Source: Rhizodiscina lignyota
Taxonomy: Eukaryota
Assembly (NCBI GenBank): GCA_010015805.1
Contig: ML978130.1
Location: 1,054,001-1,118,000, forward strand
Reading direction: 5' to 3'
DNA: 64,000 bases
The notes beneath the pieces are model-generated. The model was not told where the DNA came from, searched no databases, and worked only from the letters and a program-made list of their open reading frames with translations. Positions within the stretch are counted from its first letter, which is position 1. Every line of letters begins with the position of its first letter. A program made the translations under genes and the position numbers. This document shows positions 51,898-62,330 of the stretch, one piece after another.

Positions 51898-53582
51898 TCA
51901 AGATCTCTTCTCACTCTGAGTCTCCACAATAGGCTGCTCTACTTGGAACGCGCTCCCTTCAATCGCCTCGATACTTTCTCCCATGTTAGTATCCTTGAGC
52001 CAGTATTTAATTATTGGTAGAACGAAGACCGGCCCAGCGGCCACAAACTAAACATTGTCAGTGAGAATATATCACTGTAGCTCAAGGGGTAGCGCTCACC
52101 GCCCATGAGGAGCCAAACATAAACTCTTTGGAATACCCGTTTAGGTTGAGCGAAAAAGCGCAAATTTGACACAGGGCGTTAAGAAGACGAAACATGGACG
52201 CATAGACGGAGAGCTTTGCTAACTGTTAGTAGATGCCGCTTCATGTGGGATTTGTGTGTAAATATGGACGACTTACCTCCTCGGGTCGGTTGCTCAGTGC
52301 TCCAATGAACCAATAAGCGTAGCAGTTGTACGTAGCATCTGTGAAGCCATACAAGACGTACACAGCACACGCTCCTGGATAGCCAGAATCGAATACGTCC
52401 ACACGTTCTTCCTCGCTCAAGCCGAACACGGTCTTCTTCATTGTGAAGTATCCAGCAATCCAAACGGCGTTGATGGCGACGAAGACATAGATGACGGCAA
52501 CGAATGCCCTCTTGCGGCGACCAAAGGGCAGCTTGTCTGTAAAGAGGTTGAGAATCCATGCGGAAGGGATCTGAACTGCGCCGGAGATGAAGGTATTGAG
52601 GGCTCGGCCGCGGACGGTGAAATAGACGCCGTTGAAGTCGTTGCTCTGGTAGATGTTATAGTAGTTAACAGCCCAACACATTGGCCAGAAGAACAAAATC
52701 CACCAGTTTCTCTTGCAGACCTCCCACGATGTGACGAGCTCCTCCAGGAAGGTTTTCTTGTTTACCTCCAGCATAACACGCGAACCGTCCTCTCGTATGA
52801 TCTTCTGCCAAGGATAAAGAACCAATCCTAAGCATGAGCCGATCAGCATAAGGATGAAGAGTCCAATATACGTGCCGTCACCGACACGGCTATTGTTGTT
52901 GGTGCCCGCATTCCAGTTCTGCGCCACGGGGATGGAGGCTCCGATGACCACACCGAACTGGAAGATGGACCAGAAGATGGACACATAGAGCCCCTTTTTG
53001 TTTTCGCTCGCGAACGAAGTAATCGCTGTTCCCTCGGCGCACCAGAGCAATGCGGCAGAGAACCCGCACCAGCAGCCTCCAAAGATGACGAATGGGACGT
53101 TTCCGGTATGGTTGAAGCACCACAAGCTGGCTGCGTAGCCCGCATATCCGATACCGCCGGCACACAAAGTAGCCCGCAGTCCGAAATAGTTGAGACAGGC
53201 AGGAGCAACAAAACAGAAGGCCGAGAACACGCTATAGAGCGCTATGTTGGATATGTCGGACAGCCAGGCGCTTTGCTGGCCGGCACCTCCGATGAACGTA
53301 ATGACATTGAACATGCCCACTGTCATGAAGAGGACGCATCCAAGCATTATAGCCTGCACTCGAGGGTGGCCATACGCCCAAATCTTGAATCCTCTGATGT
53401 GATACGGTTTTGGGAGCTGCAAGCGCTTCATGTTAGCCTCGTATGTTTATGACAAGCTTGAGGAGAACATCTACCTCGTAGGCCTGGGGAATATCCACTG
53501 CAGCTTCATAGCCATTTTCGGCATCGTTCTTGTTGCTAGGATTCTCGATGACTTGTGTCAGGGGATTATCAACTTTCGCCAT
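51898..53582 (-). CDS. UNC-93-like (DUF895-type) MFS transporter; 4 exons
   Basis: FMTVGMFNVITFIGGAG, NIALYSVF, LLWCAEG, IFWSIFQFG, IIREDGSRV, YFTVRGRALN. GT-AG introns traced to the stop at 51898. Confidence 0.9.
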
Positions 53583-53815
53583 TGTGTCCGATCTTTGAAA
53601 TATCAATGTGTATCTCTGGAGACGACGGAGTTGTGGGGTTTAATAGCGATGTGAAGTTTAATATAACGGCCGGTCGCGCAGTAACCTGCTAGTCGCCTTT
53701 GTGTAGTGTCTCTGATATCTAGACATTTGGCGTTGTTCAGACATGGCAGTCGCTTAATGTGGAGGAGAGACTACAATACGCCATGGATGAAAGAAATCGC
53801 CTGATTAGGCAGTTA

Positions 53816-54360
53816 AGATACTTAAGTTCATCCCGGTTTCCCGGGCGAGAGGATGATATAGAGATGATTAGATTGCCTAACTTCCTGGAGTAGACGTAGG
53901 AAGTCAAGGCGAGGATAAGGTGTTTGCGGGGGACGCTTTGAGGACAGATAAGGCGATATCTTATTCCAGTTTAGAGGAGTGGGCCGCATAGAACGCTCGA
54001 CTGGAGATGAATCTCTTAGTGGACTAAACTAACCACATGTCGAATTCCCTCTTTCGGAAGGCCCGTCGAGCGCCTTCGACGTTTGGGCTCCAAGAGAAAA
54101 ACGCCATATGCGGTTAGAATCTAGTCCATTACGGTTAGTTAGTAATAGGGTATTTTGTTATCCCCGAGATGCGAACATTTTGCCCTGTTAGGAGCTAGAG
54201 TGCTAATGCCTAAATGATAATAGTGGCACTAACCCCGCAAATTGTCATTACACATGCGAATTACTATTCGTCCTTAGCTTCAACTACATGCCCAACAGAC
54301 CCATTTCCTTCACGCTCCGCAACATGCATCAAATATATTGAAACTTTCCTTCCCTTATCT
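53816..54360. promoter_or_regulatory. Clustered GATA motifs in the divergent MFS/DMFase promoter (possible AreA/NIT2 nitrogen-regulation sites)
   Basis: GATAAG 53914-53919, AGATAAG 53946-53952, GATATC 53955-53960, CTTATCT 54354-54360. Confidence 0.35.
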
Positions 54361-54444
54361 CGAAAATGTTACCATTTCTTCCCAATAAGTGGTCAGACTT
54401 GGATTGTTGAGCACTTTAGATTACTTGTTTTGCGTACTTCATAG

Positions 54445-56841
54445 ATGGTGGCAATCGACGCCGAAAAAGGTGGCTATCTACCAGAGATCATTGGGTATGC
54501 CGAACCATGGATAGCGGCCCCTGGTGATTCGGTTGCAATCAAAGTAAGATGCGCATCTTTGTTCCTATGAGCTCCCAGTCTCGGCCGGTAACGCAGAGCC
54601 CGTTCATTCCTGAAAGATAGAAGAGCGATCAATAATATGTCCAGTGGAAATGGCCGCACAGGATATGCTCAGGCTAACACATATGCGTAGATATCATGTA
54701 CGGAGCCGGAGTATAAGTATCGGACCGTTCGCTTGATCCAGGGTATCGATCTCGAGCACTCCCCAGAGAAGGCCGAAGAAGAAGTAAAGGATATTCCTCG
54801 AGGTCAACGGCAAGGCAGATTTCAAACGGCTCAACCGGGATCATATGGATATGTTCCTAATTGGGGGCCACCGATTGCAGCAGAGGGTCTTCAAGTTTCT
54901 TTCTATATGCAACCGTGGTTGGTGGACTGCTCGCACGTACAAACTCTCGTTTCCACCCTGGATTCGACCGCACATACTGGATTCTCCATTGCCTTGAACC
55001 ATCAAGGTTCGCTTGATATCAGCGTGGGAACTGGGCACAAGATTGAAGTTATCAGCACTGGGCTTAAACACCAGGAGAAGACCTGGTCAAAAGTCAAGCT
55101 CGTATTCAACGGTCGGTCGGTCCGGTTGAGCTTGACGCACATACCTTTCAGAGTCGAGCCCGTACCTCCTCCTGCGGCATCCGAATGGCAGTTGAATGGT
55201 GAAGCGCTATTGTTCAGGCTTGGACCTCTTCTCGTTGCAGCAAGCCAGAGCCATGCTGCCGACAACAGTCGAGGTGGCCTGAGATCGCATGTGACAGATT
55301 TCTTCAACGGTCGCATTGACCGCCTAACGTTAAAGTCATGCGGCCAAAAACCCTTGACCCTCGCCAAATATGACTTCTCACTGGACATGTCGAGTGACCG
55401 GATCGTCGACACCTCTGGACGCGGTTACGATGGTGTTCTGATTAACGCGCCGACTCGTGCTGTTAAGGGTCATGATTGGGACGGTTCAGAGTGTGACTGG
55501 ACACGGGCGAAGTCTGGCTACGGCGCCATACATTTTCACGACGATGACCTGGATGATGCGGAATGGGACACAGACTTCGTCATCACAATTCCGTCCAGTG
55601 CCCGCTCTGGCGCCTATGCCGTCGAGGTAGAGGCAGTCAACGGCCGAGATAGGGATTCGATCACCTTCTTCGTGCGGCCGACGCACTGGTCATCAGACAA
55701 CTCCAAAAAAGTATGTCTCGTCTTTTCGACATTCACGTATCTGGCGTATGCCAATGAGCGCATGTACGACACATCTCGCCGGAACGACGCCGATCTCGGG
55801 CCGGGATTTGACATCAACAAGGCCCTGAAGAGCGCTGAGTTTTACAAGATGCGCCGGCGCGGTGACCTGGGCTTATCTTGTTATGATCGCCACAACGATG
55901 GCTCTGGCGTTTGCTTCTCTTCGTCAAAGCGGCCGATCCTTAATGTCCGTCCCGGCTACGTGATGTGGGCATTCTCTCGTCCGCGCGAGTTCTCCGCTGA
56001 TCTCATGATGCTTGGGTTCCTGGAGCGCGAGGGCATCCCGTATGAGATCCTGACCGATCATGACTTGCACGTCCGAGGGGCCGGCGCCCTTCAATGCTTC
56101 AATACCGTCATCACAGGCTGCCATCCCGAATACCCTACTCTAGAGTCGTACAGTGCCTATAGCGCCTTTGCCAGAGGTGGGGGGAGCCTCATGTATCTGG
56201 GCGGAAACGGCTTTTACTGGGTAAGTGCCCTCAATGCTGCCCGTCCGCATCGTTTAGAGGTGCGTCGAGGCGACACCGGAGTCCGGCCTTACGGTCTTCC
56301 GGGTGGTGAGCACGTCAACGGCCTCGACGGACAGCGAGGCGGTCTGTGGAGGTCCCGCGGCATGAGTTGCAACACGTTGTTCGGAGTTGGCTTCTGCGCC
56401 CAAGGAACCGGCCCGGGCGTACCTTATAGGCGGACTGAAGTGTCCAGGGACCCCAAACTGTCCTGGATGTTCACGGGCGTAGATGGGGATCTTATCGGGG
56501 AGCATGGCTTTGGGGGCGGCGCGTCGGGCGATGAGATAGATCGCTATGACATGGAGAACGGGAGCCCCGAGGGTGCGTTGACGCTCGCCACGAGCACCGG
56601 CCATAGCGACGACTTCGGCATCGCCATCGAGGACCTGAGCTATCCCGCGCTGAACACGCTCGGGACCCAAACGAATCTGATTCGTAGTGATGTGGTTTAT
56701 TATGTTGGCGCGGGTGGTGGTGCGGTGTTCAGCGTTGGCAGTATTAATTGGTACTGCTCGTTGGCCTGGGACGGCTACAATAACAACGTTGCAAGGTTAA
56801 CAGGCAATGTTATCAAAGGCTTCTTAGCGGGGAAGCGATAA
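54445..56841 (+). CDS. N,N-dimethylformamidase large (beta) subunit family amidohydrolase; 2 exons (intron 54544-54690)
   Basis: IIGYAEPW..PGD, laminin-G-like segment (FFNGRID), YGAIHFHDDDLDDAEW, TFTYLAYANE, GLSCYDRHNDGSGV, HPEY, YLGGNGFYW, GGASGDEID, FSVGSI. Confidence 0.9.
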
Positions 56842-57000
56842 GAATAGTTAGAAACAGATTCATCAACTTGCCTTGGCCCTTGAGTTCAAATCGGGACTTA
56901 TAGCAGTCTCATCTACTTTAATGTGCAAGAAACTGCCCGCTCTTAGGCATTGCAGGTGGCCCTATGACCAACTACTTTGGTACACATGTGATGGTTGACG

Positions 57001-57095
57001 ATTTCTTAGTAGTGCCGATTGGCAGCGAAGCGGTCCGAAGCACATAGGGCAGTTGTGAGGATGTATCCGAGGCTTGGAGGAGAACTTCACAGCAT
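57001..57095 (+). repeat. Right copy of the degenerate direct repeat (partner at 44400-44495)
   Basis: Manual alignment, roughly 80-85% identity. Confidence 0.92.
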
Positions 57096-57687
57096 TTAAG
57101 GGAACCAAAGGCGAACAGTAGCTGTGGAGATCCTCAAAACGATACATGTGTTGAGAAACGGTGGCCGCAGCGGGATCGGCTGTTCCCATGCTTGAAGTGC
57201 AGCGAGAGCTTGAGGCTGATAGTTGAGACGACGTATTGCTTCGATTGGGGAGGGGGGCCGCTCGTGACTCTCACATGGCAGCGCATGGATCGCCGCAGCG
57301 CCCGCGCGCCCACGCTATCTCCGCTGCGATTGGGCGAGCGTGACTTCACATGCTCGTCGGCCAGAGCGAGAGTCGCGCGCATCCCACCCCCCCAAACTCT
57401 CTCCAAAGGATCCCACGCTCAACCCCGAACGCCAACCCACCGACCTCGCACGCCCGTGAGACAACCGCCGATCCTTCGTCGTCAGCGACACCCCGTCCGC
57501 ATCCCTCTTCCTCCATCATCGACCTTTGCGACACCTTCTCCTGTCGCATGTAGACCGCACACGCGCTGCGGACCCATCGCAGCGCACTATTCGACGTCAC
57601 ACGCACCGTCTCCTTCGCTACCAGTCGCGGCTCAAACGGCGCTTGCACGCGATAAATCTGCTCCAACGTCGATAAAAATCCATCCAG

Positions 57688-59535
57688 ATGGCGTCGCTGC
57701 AGCAAGAGCGCGCACCACCACCCTCATACAGCTCGCATGACCCCGAGTCGCTCGAGCTGCCGTCCGTACCACAGCACGAAATTGGCAGTCCTAGCAGCAA
57801 TGCGACTTCGGTGACCCTGCCGCACTTGAAGTCCTTGGGCTTGCCAGAGCACAACAGTTACACGCCGAGTCCGCCAGAGTGGCCAGACGCCTCTGCGCCG
57901 TCGTTTTATGGGGGTTACAACTTCTCCACCGCCTTTCCGCCTGCTCCTCATACCGCGCCTCGAAGTGATGCCGGAATTGGGAGCCCAATGGAAGTGTCGA
58001 GCGTCATGAGCCTCGATGAGCAGAACCATCGCGCATCCTCCGTCTCAATGGATGATCCCGACGTTCGCATGGCAGCAGAAGCTCTGTCTGGACTCGGAAA
58101 CCCCGACTTCGCACGATCACCAACATCCTCTTATCGCAGCACTACTATATCTGTGCATCCATCGACCGCTTCTACCAGTACCACTCTTCGTCAGACTCCG
58201 CAAGCTCAATCGCAAGAACCGGAACCCCTCCTTACACTGCTTACAACGAGTCACCCCTGGCTCGGCGCAACGGTCAATGGCTCGCTATACGCCTATGGCG
58301 GCGCGAAACACTACTCTCCTCGCTTTGTTCGAGGTACAGCGGAGTTTATGGAAAGGAATATCGGTTCACCAATGGTCAATACTGTTGGCTTTGTGTCGCG
58401 CCAGACTGGTGTCGACGGGCGCATTCGACGTTACCTTGGCGACCGGCGATTATCTGATGATGGCAAGGATGCAAATGGTAGCAAGAGGCGACGAGTTATG
58501 GTTGGTGTGACCAGTCCAAAGCAGAAAGAGGAAGACATCGAGGCTCAGACAAACGGCGATGTTGCAATGACCAGTCCGAGGAGCGATGCTCAGCGCATGA
58601 GGACAGGAAGTCAGAGCAGCATGTCTATTGTCGAAAGTCTACCCGCATACGATGACAATCGCTCTCCTCATTATGAGGAACTATCTCCTCTCCTGAGGGC
58701 CGAGAAGCAGCAGGAGGGGGAGCCATCTTCGTACGAACAACAACGGCAACGGGTGGAATCCACTTGGCATGGCCAACTCCTCATGACTACTTCAGGACTC
58801 GGTGTCGCCTTGTCAGATTCTTCTCTGCGCAGTCTGAAGTATACACTTTCTGTACTCGGACGTACGACCGACGAGATTGGCAACTTGATGCGTGCTCTCA
58901 AGATTCTTCTAAATGAGTACCAGCAATCAGAGTCATCATCACAATCAAATGGCCAAAATGAGAAAGCCCCGCTTGCTGGACCTCAATATCAGCAGGACCA
59001 GAGACAAGTGTCTGCAGAGAACGAAGAGCGCTCGCGAAGACTCGCCGAGCGTATTAAATCATACTCGAATACACTCTGGAGCCTCCTCCGTGAAACAGTC
59101 GCTACCATCTCCCAATATACCGGTTCTGCGCTTCCCGACAATGCAGCGTCCCTCGTTCGCCGCCAACTCATGTCCTTGCCTCAGCGCTGGCGCACAGCTG
59201 CATCCTTTGGATCCAGTAATCCTAGCGTGAGCTCGGGAGACCCGTCAAGTTCAGATTCTCCGAACCAAGCTGTCATTGCTGCGAATCGTATTCTCAACTT
59301 CGGTCAAGAGAGTTTGGACATGTTGAGTCAAGTCAGCCTCGTCGTTAGTGGAACGATTAGGAGCGCAGAGCAGTGGCTTGATAGTATGGGTCGCAGGCGG
59401 GAGAATGAGGAGGGTTCCTCTAATGTGAGCAACGATGGTGCCGCACAGGTCAACGAAATTGCGCTTGGGCAAGGAAGTATGATCGTCGCTGGCCAGCGTT
59501 GGCATCTCGATTCTAAGGACACTCCCCAGCGATAA
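57688..59535 (+). CDS. Opi1-domain transcriptional regulator (ccg-8-like)
   Basis: SMDDPDVRMAAEALSGL, ESLPAYDDNRSPHY, TTSGLGVALSDSSLRSLKY, SQYTGSALPDNAASLVRRQLMSLPQRW. Confidence 0.88.
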   Translation: MASLQQERAPPPSYSSHDPESLELPSVPQHEIGSPSSNATSVTLPHLKSLGLPEHNSYTPSPPEWPDASAPSFYGGYNFSTAFPPAPHTAPRSDAGIGSPMEVSSVMSLDEQNHRASSVSMDDPDVRMAAEALSGLGNPDFARSPTSSYRSTTISVHPSTASTSTTLRQTPQAQSQEPEPLLTLLTTSHPWLGATVNGSLYAYGGAKHYSPRFVRGTAEFMERNIGSPMVNTVGFVSRQTGVDGRIRRYLGDRRLSDDGKDANGSKRRRVMVGVTSPKQKEEDIEAQTNGDVAMTSPRSDAQRMRTGSQSSMSIVESLPAYDDNRSPHYEELSPLLRAEKQQEGEPSSYEQQRQRVESTWHGQLLMTTSGLGVALSDSSLRSLKYTLSVLGRTTDEIGNLMRALKILLNEYQQSESSSQSNGQNEKAPLAGPQYQQDQRQVSAENEERSRRLAERIKSYSNTLWSLLRETVATISQYTGSALPDNAASLVRRQLMSLPQRWRTAASFGSSNPSVSSGDPSSSDSPNQAVIAANRILNFGQESLDMLSQVSLVVSGTIRSAEQWLDSMGRRRENEEGSSNVSNDGAAQVNEIALGQGSMIVAGQRWHLDSKDTPQR

Positions 59536-60142
59536 CACGACGAATGCATTTATGTGCACACGAAGACACTCGCGCGTTGATTCTTCAATGACCAGCCAAC
59601 CTCATTTTCTTCCGCCTGCGAGCACGGGACACTATTTATTTTCCCTTTTTTTTTTGGAGATGTACATATCACTTTTGGCTTTTGCGGAGTGATGCACTTT
59701 TAGCTTTGATGCAACGGAGTCAGCTCTGTACAGCAATATCAGTAAATTTGTCATTTTGTCGGCCGACCATGGAATGGAGACTCACGGAGAGCAGCAATCG
59801 CGCCGCTGGGAGCCTTAGTTCTTGTCATTTCTTGTCTTTCATTGGGCTGTTTGGCATATGGCTCTTGTTGATCATGCGGATACCACCCTTTTTCTGTTGC
59901 CTTCACTAGCATTGGAGATGTATGTTGCACCTTCCAGGGAATCCAATGTTTGCTTGGCGCTGGGGCGGCTGGTCGGAAAAGGAAAAAGGGATCCTGGTTT
60001 TGAGGTTCTTTCATATTCGGAATACACTATACGAAGTCTAATACATGCGAAAGGCTTCACAGCTCGTTGAATACATCGTATATCTTCACATCAATGACTT
60101 CGTGTACGTTAGACATTGTGACCAGCACAGTCTCCTCTCCGC

Positions 60143-62006
60143 TCACTCGCCCAAAAGCGCCGTTCTCTCATCAGCATCTCTACTACTCTCATGCCCTTCA
60201 CCGCGCTTCTTTCCACCCAGTAGAAATGCAGGCACATACCGCCTCCAACCCCTTCCTTTCAACCCGCTCCCATCCTCAAGCACCTCCTCCCCATCCATCT
60301 CAAACTCCGCACTCCTCCTCGCCCAAAGCCATCCCCTCCTCTCCCGCTTCCACGCACTCCCAATCCTCCTCACCTCCCCCGCACCCAACCCCTTCCCATC
60401 GCCATCATCCTCAATGACAATCTCCCACCCATACCGCCCCGCTCTGAGCGCGCGCCAACAGACCGCGATGCTCTTGAACAGGACGTACAGGATGAACAGC
60501 CCCACGATGGTGGACGCGCAAGTGATGAGCGCGGCGAGGAGAGTGATCGGCGAGCAGTAGCAGCCGAGTGCAGGTGTGCGCAGCTCGTAGCGCTCGGTCT
60601 CGAGAGGACAGATGGGATCGTTGTTGTAGGCCTTTGAGAAGGGCGCGAGGAGAGGGGCGGGGTTGGACTGCGGAAGTGGGACGCAGGTGGCGGACTGGTG
60701 AGTTGAAGGTGTTAGTGAGTTGGACGGTTGAGGTGGCGAGAATCGCGAGATTTAGGTGAGGTTCCAGGAGAGAAATACAGAAGAAGAGAAAGAGGTGTGT
60801 GTTAGTTGTAGGAAGCGGAGAATAGCAATACAAAGAAGTAGAAGGAATTGAGCAGGTTCGCTGCGAGAAAGTAGACCAAGCTGCAAACCACAAGAAAATG
60901 AAACAAGCTCAAAGAGAGCACGATGTAAACAGAAGAATTCGCTGCGAGCAAAAGCAATTCACTTTGACCAGTAAGGGTGGGCCGAACGCCTGCTCTACCA
61001 CGCCAAAATGCCCCAAATACGCCTGCAGCCCGAACGCGCTAATTTTTATATAATATATACAACTCGCATATTCCTAATCCCTGCCTTCGGGCATTTGGCG
61101 AGATTCGGTGATGTGGTCGAGTTGGGACCATGTCACCTTTGGTAATCTTGTGAGTTTAAACGGAAAGAGCAGGCACTAGTACAGGTTAACCATTTGCAGA
61201 GAGTCCCTTTTTTTTGCTTCTAGTGGCCGCAAGTTCGAATTCCGGTCCCTACCCTCATTTTTTTTCTTTTCCTTTTTTTTGGGTTTAATCCATAGGTGCC
61301 CAGTAACGGACAAAACCTCATGGTACTGGGCATGAGTAGTCCTAAAGATGACACTAAGACTATCCGTTATTGTTTTTTTGGTCTCCTGTAGGGTCGGTTG
61401 TAACCCCACCCTTGCCATCTCTTTTTCTTCTATAACGTGTCTCTGTCATTCCTATTTTTCTCTCCACAGGACCACAAATGACCTTGAACGCAGGAAGAAC
61501 ATCGATTTTGGAGGTAAGATCTGTTCGCCGGCCTCATCTTACGAACTTTCTAATTTGCGACCCCCGGTAAATACTGCTCTTGGAGTTTTCGGTACTCCTT
61601 CTGCGGGCCAAAAGCGTTCGCGTCCACGCAAGAATCGCCTTTCCAGCCAAGGTCACCACGACGGGAGGAATCCTCCTCTTCAGACAGCCAGAATCCTCAA
61701 CAGCAAAGCAAATACAGCATTACGGCGAAAGGAAATGTAAAAATGACATTGTATTGCAATAGTCTTCGCATTTTAAAGAGTAAAAAGTTGGAATTGCAGG
61801 TAAAGAGACCATAACGCGAAGTACTATGATATTAAACTTACAAAGGGACACCATCCGCAGTATGCATCATCCTTCATGCAGTCTCCGCAATCTTGGATCT
61901 TCCAGCATCGGAGGAAGCGGTCGAGGTCGTCCTCCGAGTTCTTGAATCGGCTCAGGAACGAATCAGGCAAGACGGATGAAGCGTTCGCGAGCTCTGCAGA
62001 CGCCAT
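60143..62006 (-). CDS. Small PSI-like Cys-rich single-pass membrane protein; exon 1 62006-61842, exon 2 60694-60143, 1147-nt intron
   Basis: CWKIQDCGDCMKDDAYCGWCPF joins in phase 0 to SATCVP...ICPLETERYELRTPALGCYCS and a TM helix. GTAAGT donor, CTAAC branch, CAG acceptor. Confidence 0.85.
61082..61215 (+). ncRNA. Candidate Pol III-type structured small RNA (unidentified)
   Basis: TATATAA at 61047, TGCC-TTCG-GGCA hairpin followed by TTTGG, 12-bp hairpin with tandem G-U pairs, T8 run, and near-B-box GTTCGAATTCC at 61233. Confidence 0.5.
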
Positions 62007-62330
62007 TTGGGATGGATTAATTCCTTACTCTGGAGCATGTACAGTCGATGGACGAGAAAGGCTTCAATTATTTCCAAGGAAGGCGAGGACAACGGAATGT
62101 ATTAGCCATCTACCGGGATGAGACGAAGTTAGGTTGAGACGACGTCCAACTTGGCGCGGCGCTAGGATCGCACCATGCCTTTCCTCGGTCTCCACTGTTC
62201 TCGAGACAATCACAAGAATTCGGATTTCAAGCGAGTCTCAGCAATACATTTATTGATCGCCAAATAATTGAACTCCGAATCTTTTTATCCCCTTTGAGGG
62301 TGAAGACAGCCATGTCTCTCGAAATGTCAA

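Noticed and set aside
39600..57200. Starship or other transposon carrying the cluster
   Set aside because: No tyrosine recombinase, transposase, terminal inverted repeats or short target-site duplication recognised in the window.
61296..61369. Hammerhead or HDV-like ribozyme
   Set aside because: The helix layout is vaguely similar, but CUGANGA/GAAA and the HDV J4/2 catalytic C are missing.
61082..61379. Canonical U6 snRNA, tRNA or telomerase RNA
   Set aside because: No ACAGAGA box or intact U6 core; the TTCGAAT loop lacks a paired T-stem and cloverleaf; no CTAACCCTAA template.
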